A stretch of DNA of 64,000 nt, taken from the IMG/VR virus record IMGVR_UViG_3300042479_000659; one strand, written 5' to 3'. This document shows positions 58,219-64,000 of this stretch, in pieces; position 1 is the stretch's first letter; each line of letters opens with the position of its first letter. Made by a program: the position numbers and the translations under genes. A model generated the notes under the pieces. The model saw only the letters and a program-made list of their open reading frames with translations. It did not search any database and was not told the origin of the DNA. This DNA is from an uncultured virus (IMG/VR IMGVR_UViG_3300042479_000659). Its lineage: Duplodnaviria > Heunggongvirae > Uroviricota > Caudoviricetes.

Positions 58219-58980
58219 TTAAAGATTTTTAAAAACTTTTTTTATAATTGCACTGCGATCCAGTTTGGAACTGGCACCCAATACAATGACTGCGTACTGT
58301 TGTTTGTTGTGTTCTACCAGCATGGCCACACACCATCCAGCAAGATTGGTAAATCCAGTCTTGCTCACGTCTACACGGTCAAACTCTGTCAACAGTGGAC
58401 GGGATGTGTGAATGAGATTCACAGAGCTGCCACGAGTTCGATCCGACTTTGTTAACTGTACAGTAGACTGTCCGCTGGCTTCTTGTATAAACCAATAGCT
58501 GGCAGCAATCTGTACCATTTCTACTAGATCCCGTGCAGTGGTCACATTGAACACACCTAGCCCCGAAGGATCTACAAATTTAGTATCTTGAAGATTCCAC
58601 ATCCGGGCATGTCGATTCATTTCAGACACAAAGGCAGATCGGCCACCAGGATAGTTCTGTGCAATGGTTTCGGCTGCTCCGTTGTCACTGCTAACCAGCA
58701 TGGCCAGCAACAACTGTTCTCTGGTGTATCTGCCAGGCGGCAATCGACTACCAGTGTTTTTTCTCAGCACCAACTGCTGTTGAAGATCTCTGTTGTGATC
58801 CAATGCAACCATGGCAGTCATCAACTTGGTCACACTGGCCATTGATCTGATTTGATCACTATTTTGGCTCAGTTCCGTGCGCTGTGCATTGATGTTGTAG
58901 ACCAACACAGTGGGCTCACGTGCGTGGGCCGCCGCATTGGATAAGACTGTACAAAAAAACACTGTGGCAAATAGTTTCAT
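58219..58980 (-). CDS. Peptidase S11 D-alanyl-D-alanine carboxy/endopeptidase (PBP7-like)
   Basis: Signal peptide, ASVTKLM (SxxK), SDN (SxN), SKTGFT (KTG). Confidence 0.9.
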   Translation of the reverse strand: MKLFATVFFCTVLSNAAAHAREPTVLVYNINAQRTELSQNSDQIRSMASVTKLMTAMVALDHNRDLQQQLVLRKNTGSRLPPGRYTREQLLLAMLVSSDNGAAETIAQNYPGGRSAFVSEMNRHARMWNLQDTKFVDPSGLGVFNVTTARDLVEMVQIAASYWFIQEASGQSTVQLTKSDRTRGSSVNLIHTSRPLLTEFDRVDVSKTGFTNLAGWCVAMLVEHNKQQYAVIVLGASSKLDRSAIIKKVFKNL

Positions 58981-58998
58981 ATCTTTATTTTGTAAAAT

Positions 58999-59073
58999 TG
59001 GAACACAGGACAGGACTCAAACCTGCATGATACGGATTTGCAATCCGTTGCGTAATCATTCCGCCACCTGTGC
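58999..59073 (-). tRNA. tRNA-Cys(GCA)
   Basis: ACGGA-TTGCAAA-TCCGT, U73, CCA. Confidence 0.88.
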
Positions 59074-59265
59074 ATATACGTCAAACACACTGTTTCCAAT
59101 GTGTGTATTAAAGCACTCTAAAATACTTAGGCTGCCTGTTCTTAAAGAATGCTTTAATACGAACTAATTTTTAGTCCCACAAGAGGGATTCCATCCTAGT
59201 CGCCGCCCGTTTGTGCTTGTTTATAGTGTAGCACAGGACCTCGTTTCCTGTCAACACTTTAGGAT

Positions 59266-59427
59266 CTATGCTGGAAGTTGATTCTTGACTCGCATGCGAG
59301 TTTCGAGCATCAACCTAGCACGTTCCAACTTTTCCCGAATCAACTTTTCACGTTGTTCCGGTGTCAGCGTGTGCTCTGTTGTGTACTTTACTTCACGCAT
59401 TCGTTGTTTTAAATCTAATTTCTTCAT
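59266..59427 (-). CDS. 53-aa basic helical protein
   Basis: AAGGA RBS; MKKLDLKQRMREVKY...EKLERARLMLE...; first ORF after the terminator. Confidence 0.6.
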   Translation of the reverse strand: MKKLDLKQRMREVKYTTEHTLTPEQREKLIREKLERARLMLETRMRVKNQLPA

Positions 59428-59440
59428 TTTTCCTTTTCTA

Positions 59441-59475
59441 AAAACAAAAAACCCTAGGGTTTTTAATCCTAGGGT
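59441..59475 (-). terminator. Intrinsic terminator (putative attenuator)
   Basis: ACCCTAGG-ATTAAAAAC-CCTAGGGT followed by TTTTTGTTTT. Confidence 0.8.
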
Positions 59476-59502
59476 CCTTGGAGTTTGTGTGTAAACTTTT
59501 AT

Positions 59503-59643
59503 TTACGACATGGTCTCCTGGACCCTGGTACCCTCTGGTGTGCGATCATATGACATGCTATTAATTGCCGACCAAATAGAGGGCGCGAAGCCGGCCTGTT
59601 TGGCTGAACAATTTGACATAGAATGTAATACGTTTGTTTGCAT
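59503..59643 (-). CDS. Putative 46-aa leader peptide containing all 20 amino acids
   Basis: MQTNVLHSMSNCSAKQAGFAPSIWSAINSMSYDRTPEGTRVQETMS*; between promoter and terminator; 3' codons carry the antiterminator arm. Confidence 0.6.
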   Translation of the reverse strand: MQTNVLHSMSNCSAKQAGFAPSIWSAINSMSYDRTPEGTRVQETMS

Positions 59644-59691
59644 TTTTGTTTCTTTAAATTTACATACACCTTTTTATTGGCGCATGTGTGT

Positions 59692-59720
59692 ATTGTATAG
59701 GTTTATTTATACAAGGTCAA
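59692..59720 (-). promoter_or_regulatory. Dual promoter: sigma70 with nested late TATAAATA
   Basis: TTGACC-N17-TACAAT with TATAAATA (59711-59704) in the spacer. Confidence 0.7.
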
Positions 59721-59778
59721 CCACTTGGTTGCTCAAAATACAAATTTTTTTCAAGATATTTGCCTTAATAAGTACACT

Positions 59779-60873
59779 ATGCAACAGGCATTCAACGGAG
59801 TACACAGCGGCGAGATTTGGAATCAAAGCCAATGTCTAGTACACGAATACAACATCAATAACACAATATATCAAATACTACGCGATACCGGGTTTAGTGT
59901 AACTGACAATCCACGGATATGGAAAAAATCAAACCAAACAGTGATCGTCTGCCTGGTTGACGATATACGAAGTTGTAGTACAGACTATCACAGTGACTTG
60001 CCCTACTTGTTTGATGCCAATACCACAGTCATAACCGACAACTATATCACTTGTCCCACACAGTACCGTGTGGTAAGATTGCCCGCTAGTTTCTTGGGAA
60101 TCTATCACTATGTGCCCAGCAATTACACATGGCGGCCAGAACGAGATTTTTCTTTTGCAGTAAATCGAATTGACCAACGCAGATTTATGCTGATGTTGGA
60201 AATCGGACTCAGAGTACATTTGCACAAAGGCCATGTAAATTTCAACTGTTATCGTCCAGGAAATTCCGTAGTGTCAGACCCTGCTCTTATTTCCACAACC
60301 CGGGCATTAGAACATTGGAATGACCATTGGAACCAGACCAGCAACGAAGACAAATCAAAATATCAAAAAAGTTATGAATTGCTAACAGCACAAATGCCTG
60401 TGCGCAATTATGAAATAGAACATGATGAAATTTTTAATCGGTCATATGTTAACATTGTGGCCGAAACCTACAGCAGTGACAACAACATATCACTGAGTGA
60501 AAAAATATTCAGAGCATTAGTAACACCTGCTCCGTGGACCGTGTCGTCGGGTCGATACACAGTGGCCTATTTAACTAGCTTGGGATTTGATACTGTGTCA
60601 GATCTAATAGACCACAACCATTACGATAGACTAATAGAAGTGCAAGAGAAGCAACGCATATTTGTATGGAAAAGCCTTGAAACTATTAAATCATTGAAGT
60701 CTCAAGATCTAGCTCTGCTACAAGACAGATGTCAACGTGCTGCCACACACAATCAAACTGTATTGGCCGTAATGGCTGCTCGGTGGCCCAATGACTTTGC
60801 TCAGTGGATCAGCATACTTACACAAACGCTAACCAATCCACAGGCGATCGGGCCCATTCAGTATCAAATTTAA
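59779..60873 (+). CDS. Putative glycosyltransferase-like protein ('TEK' family)
   Basis: VNIVAETY...LSEKIFRALVTPAPW...LGFD...YD. Confidence 0.5.
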   Translation: MQQAFNGVHSGEIWNQSQCLVHEYNINNTIYQILRDTGFSVTDNPRIWKKSNQTVIVCLVDDIRSCSTDYHSDLPYLFDANTTVITDNYITCPTQYRVVRLPASFLGIYHYVPSNYTWRPERDFSFAVNRIDQRRFMLMLEIGLRVHLHKGHVNFNCYRPGNSVVSDPALISTTRALEHWNDHWNQTSNEDKSKYQKSYELLTAQMPVRNYEIEHDEIFNRSYVNIVAETYSSDNNISLSEKIFRALVTPAPWTVSSGRYTVAYLTSLGFDTVSDLIDHNHYDRLIEVQEKQRIFVWKSLETIKSLKSQDLALLQDRCQRAATHNQTVLAVMAARWPNDFAQWISILTQTLTNPQAIGPIQYQI

Positions 60874-61471
60874 AATTCTTAACTTGTGCGTCAAGATAAT
60901 TTTGCATCATTGTCAGTCTGAGATCACTACTGTGCAGATGGTGGCCGGTGCTTTGATCGCCAATTTCTAACCACTCAAGTCCGTAGTCAGCACCAAACTG
61001 TGTGGCAGTAACTAATATTGTTGTGTTGTTGGCATCAAATTGGGTCAGTCTTATCAAGTCTTGATCGTTGTTAATTTGCTGCCAAGTGTTGTATTGTACA
61101 GCGTTCGATGCTGTGCATGTTATAACAACACTGACTGTGGATATTTTGGGATTTAGTTGCAGTGTCATCAGTCGTGTGTCGCCACAATCAACTACGTACT
61201 GTTCATGTTGTTGGTGTATCAACAAGGGCTTTCGTATGGGCTCTTTGTGTAAATTTTGATAAAAATAGTTGACCCGCAGTAATTTTGCAATTTCGTTTTG
61301 CAGTCCCGCCGGCCAAGACAACAAATCAGTGCCATACAAATCTAATGCTTGATTTACCACAGAACAAGATCCTTCGAGTGTCTGTACCGGAGTTAGTTGT
61401 GCAATGGGAAATGCTGGATGATAAAACATACAGTATGTTGATCCAAGTGCTGTTTTTATTATATCTGTCAT
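60818..61471 (-). CDS. Hypothetical protein (possible ParB/Srx-like motif)
   Basis: PIRKPLLI...VVDCGDTRL; TAAATA-N5-ATG start. Confidence 0.55.
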   Translation of the reverse strand: MTDIIKTALGSTYCMFYHPAFPIAQLTPVQTLEGSCSVVNQALDLYGTDLLSWPAGLQNEIAKLLRVNYFYQNLHKEPIRKPLLIHQQHEQYVVDCGDTRLMTLQLNPKISTVSVVITCTASNAVQYNTWQQINNDQDLIRLTQFDANNTTILVTATQFGADYGLEWLEIGDQSTGHHLHSSDLRLTMMQNYLDAQVKNFKFDTEWARSPVDWLAFV

Positions 61472-61498
61472 GTTAATATTTACTTGTAAATACAGGCC

Positions 61499-62431
61499 AT
61501 GATTGAAATACACGGTCCTACTTACACCTACTCTGGCGAGATTCTGTCCAGCCCCGAAATTATTTTGGTTCGTGACCACCACTATAGTCCCGACGAACAC
61601 TGTTATCATGTGGAAAAATTATTGGAAAACAGTTCATGTGATCCGCAACAGCATCTGTTGGTATTTGATCATGTGACAGTACAAGAAGGATTAACTGAAT
61701 ATCCGTATGTTTGTTTACCTATGTTTTTGGCCCGAGAAAATAAAGAATTTATACATCAAGACATACAACCAGATTGGAGCCGTAAAACAGCTACATTCAA
61801 CTTTATGATCAACAAACCCAGATCCAACAGACGTCGATTGTTGGCATTAATCGAACAACATAAATTAACCAATTATTGTCATTCTCTTGCGTGGAAAACA
61901 AATGACATTAATACCATACCTGTAACCAACTATGTCTTTGGCCCCGAAGTTGCGATGGACCAAGGAGTTCGTAACGGTTCATTTAAAAATGCACACACCT
62001 ATAATAAATTGTTGCAGAAAACAGTGTTTGAACCCACTTGTATTTCTTTAATAACTGAACCTGCGTATTATGAAAAAGAAACCATAGTAACAGAAAAGAC
62101 ACTGATGGCATTATACGCAGGAACTATTCCAATGTGGGTCGGCGGTTGGCGCATAGCAGATTATATGGCCAGCATGGGATTTGATGTGTTTGATGATGTT
62201 GTTGATCACAGTTACCAAACAGAGTTGGATCCTGGTCGCAGATGTGATCTTGCAGTGGAACTTAATCTTGGATTGCTGACCAACTTTGATCTGGCACACC
62301 GCAGTCTTAATTTAGTACGTCTACAGCACAATTATGATCTGTTGCAACAAAATGTGTTTTTAAAAGATGTGTTAGAAAAAGCCCGACAGCGACCAGAGTT
62401 GCAGTCAATAGTTGCGCAGGAACTTTTCTAA
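61499..62431 (+). CDS. Putative glycosyltransferase-like protein ('TEK' family, GT10-like)
   Basis: ISLITEP...VTEKTLMALYAGTIPMWVGG...GFDVFDDVVDHSY. Confidence 0.55.
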   Translation: MIEIHGPTYTYSGEILSSPEIILVRDHHYSPDEHCYHVEKLLENSSCDPQQHLLVFDHVTVQEGLTEYPYVCLPMFLARENKEFIHQDIQPDWSRKTATFNFMINKPRSNRRRLLALIEQHKLTNYCHSLAWKTNDINTIPVTNYVFGPEVAMDQGVRNGSFKNAHTYNKLLQKTVFEPTCISLITEPAYYEKETIVTEKTLMALYAGTIPMWVGGWRIADYMASMGFDVFDDVVDHSYQTELDPGRRCDLAVELNLGLLTNFDLAHRSLNLVRLQHNYDLLQQNVFLKDVLEKARQRPELQSIVAQELF

Positions 62432-62770
62432 ATCACCATACAGTTGTGCCATGACTGCTTCACGACTGCCAAACATATAAACACCGGTTGGAATACGTTT
62501 GTCTATTCTAATGTAATACGGACTTTGCAGTTTACGGTCAAGAGTTAACACAATGCGTCGGTTGCCCGGTGTTGGTTTAATTTCTAGTTCATAATGTGCC
62601 AGATCTAACACACGACTGAATACATAAAATCCATGTTCGGTAAGACGCAGGCCACCAGTCTTGCGAATGTTTGCCCACCAAGTCTTAACAGCAACTTCAA
62701 CGGGCTCGGCAAATTCTTCTGGCAGATTGGCCACCAGTGCTTGGGTTAATTTTAGTTTATCACGCACCAC
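62405..62770 (-). CDS. Hypothetical protein
   Basis: 121 aa; GGLRLTEHG, SPYYI. Confidence 0.7.
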   Translation of the reverse strand: MVRDKLKLTQALVANLPEEFAEPVEVAVKTWWANIRKTGGLRLTEHGFYVFSRVLDLAHYELEIKPTPGNRRIVLTLDRKLQSPYYIRIDKRIPTGVYMFGSREAVMAQLYGDLEKFLRNY

Positions 62771-63056
62771 TGGGCTGAACTGTGTCGCCCTGGGTCAACA
62801 ATACCACAGTGAACTTGTCGGTCTTGAACTGTGCGTTTAGTTTCTTTGAAAGATTGTGTGCATGGCCGGGATTGGAGAAACTGACTTTCTTGTACTTGGG
62901 CCCAGGGTGTTGCACTAACATGTTGCTGGTTTTGAGATTGATAGGAGAGTTGTTGTAGAACACAGCCCACACTCCTGCTGACGATAAAACCTGTTCAGTT
63001 TTGTACGTGGTTTTGTTTGTCAGTTCTAGAATAACTTTGGGTTTTGGTCTTGACAT
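62760..63056 (-). CDS. Hypothetical protein
   Basis: MSRPKPKV...KYKKVSFSNPGHAHNL; AGGAG RBS and TAAATA upstream. Confidence 0.75.
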   Translation of the reverse strand: MSRPKPKVILELTNKTTYKTEQVLSSAGVWAVFYNNSPINLKTSNMLVQHPGPKYKKVSFSNPGHAHNLSKKLNAQFKTDKFTVVLLTQGDTVQPSGA

Positions 63057-63099
63057 TCATTAAACTCCTACATTTATTTATGACAAATATAGGGACTTT

Positions 63100-63306
63100 T
63101 TAAAATGCTCCGCCCTTCATTTCCACTGTGATTTCGCTTTCTTGTGCGGCATTTACAGCAGATTCTCTTGCAGCCTGTAGTGCGATCAACAGCCTGGTAA
63201 GGTCAGCATGCAGGTCCTTGGCATCTTTAATGGGCATGGTAAAGTCTCTGGCACCACGTGCTTCAAAGCCTTGAAGGCGTTCAATAAATTTTTGTATGTG
63301 TATCAT
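63100..63306 (-). CDS. Hypothetical protein
   Basis: 68 aa ending EMKGGAF; ATGA overlap. Confidence 0.65.
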   Translation of the reverse strand: MIHIQKFIERLQGFEARGARDFTMPIKDAKDLHADLTRLLIALQAARESAVNAAQESEITVEMKGGAF

Positions 63307-63671
63307 CTTGTCAAGTATCCTTTTAAGTCTGGCGGAGTCCATCCCACTGGCTTGAGCACTTTACCATCTTCGCGTTTACGCACCCGGCCTGTTTCGTGAT
63401 CAATCTTGGCAAAGTTGGTTGCCATAACTTCTTTCCAGGCACCCTCGGCATCAAATCCTGCTGAATGAATGGCACCAATTGTAACAACCAATATATCGAT
63501 CAGCGCATCCAGTTGTTCAGTCAAGTCATCGGCTTCAACTGCTTCTTGCAGTTCTCGATGCTCTTCGTCTATTAGACTCAAATACATTTTATATTGTGAA
63601 ATAGAGTAGGCATCAACCTTTTGGTCACAGGCCTTCATGAACTTTTCTTGATCTCGGAATGGATTTGTCAT
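63303..63671 (-). CDS. MazG-like/PRA-PH NTP pyrophosphohydrolase
   Basis: LIDEEHREL, DALIDILVV, EVMATNFAK, REDGKVLKP. Confidence 0.85.
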   Translation of the reverse strand: MTNPFRDQEKFMKACDQKVDAYSISQYKMYLSLIDEEHRELQEAVEADDLTEQLDALIDILVVTIGAIHSAGFDAEGAWKEVMATNFAKIDHETGRVRKREDGKVLKPVGWTPPDLKGYLTR

Positions 63672-64000
63672 AGTGTCACTTGTTCTTTGTTCTTAAACGG
63701 GCCTTGGTAAGGATAGCGTTGTAGTGCAATCAGTTTGGGATCCTGAATGATCTTCCAATTTCGTCCACGCTTGATAGAATACCATCCTGCGGCAAACCAA
63801 CTTTTGCTTTTGGCAGTCTTGGTATAAATTGGCAAGTGATGCACCACGTCCCACACAGGATTATAACAACGACCTGCTACCGGATACCCGTGTACCACGG
63901 TATTGTCAGGTTTGGATGTTGTTTCTTCTTTGGCAAATACAATGTTTGATTCTTTGGCTGCAAGTTTGATTGTTTTAAATTGCTTTACTTGATTGTTGAT
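63668..64000 (-). CDS. Hypothetical protein, 5'-truncated by window edge
   Basis: Frame open to nt 64000; YTKTAKSKSWFAAGWY, YPYQGPF. Confidence 0.7.
   Translation of the reverse strand: MNNQVKQFKTIKLAAKESNIVFAKEETTSKPDNTVVHGYPVAGRCYNPVWDVVHHLPIYTKTAKSKSWFAAGWYSIKRGRNWKIIQDPKLIALQRYPYQGPFKNKEQVTL

Noticed and set aside
58219..58980. Beta-lactamase / resistance gene
   Set aside because: SxxK, SxN and KTG spacing plus the F.DPSGL motif fit peptidase S11; no class A omega-loop ExxLN.
50644..59839. Track ORFs 50644..50841, 51000..51374, 56063..56245, 56127..56366, 56371..56622, 57241..57459, 59285..59494, 59510..59839
   Set aside because: They overlap tRNA/tmRNA/structured RNA or are antisense to better-supported ORFs, and lack RBS or motifs.
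1..64000. Stop-codon reassignment (alternative genetic code)
   Set aside because: Genes are full-length and densely packed in the standard code; no suppressor tRNA found.

Overview
A 64 kb segment of a large (jumbo-type) dsDNA tailed-phage genome in the standard genetic code. The host is plausibly betaproteobacterial, inferred only from the Bug/TctC, AhcY and AhpC/AhpD genes. (1) 1-10.3 kb: virion structural module with T4-like TAAATA late promoters. (2) 10.4-36.6 kb: a dense modification/biosynthetic island with 7 twitch-first radical SAM enzymes, a B12 radical SAM enzyme, a carbamoyltransferase, an amidinotransferase, a DegT-type aminotransferase, an NDP-sugar epimerase and several glycosyltransferase-like families. 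(3) 36.6-46 kb: sigma70-promoter genes on the minus strand (ThyX, MoxR AAA+/VWA pair, phosphoesterase, AhcY). (4) 46-59.7 kb: a minus-strand translation region with 26 CCA-encoding tRNAs covering all 20 amino acids, including Ser(ACU) and an 8/4-type Ser(UGA). It also holds a circularly permuted two-piece tmRNA, several unassigned structured RNAs, rrn-like tandem promoters with boxB/boxA, and an AhpC/AhpD operon with an OxyR-like box. The most novel-looking element sits at the head of the tRNA region: a 46-codon leader ORF containing all 20 amino acids, coupled to mutually exclusive terminator/antiterminator hairpins, a candidate 'pan-tRNA-sensing' attenuator. All calls come from manual reading and motif recognition; no searches or folding programs were run.
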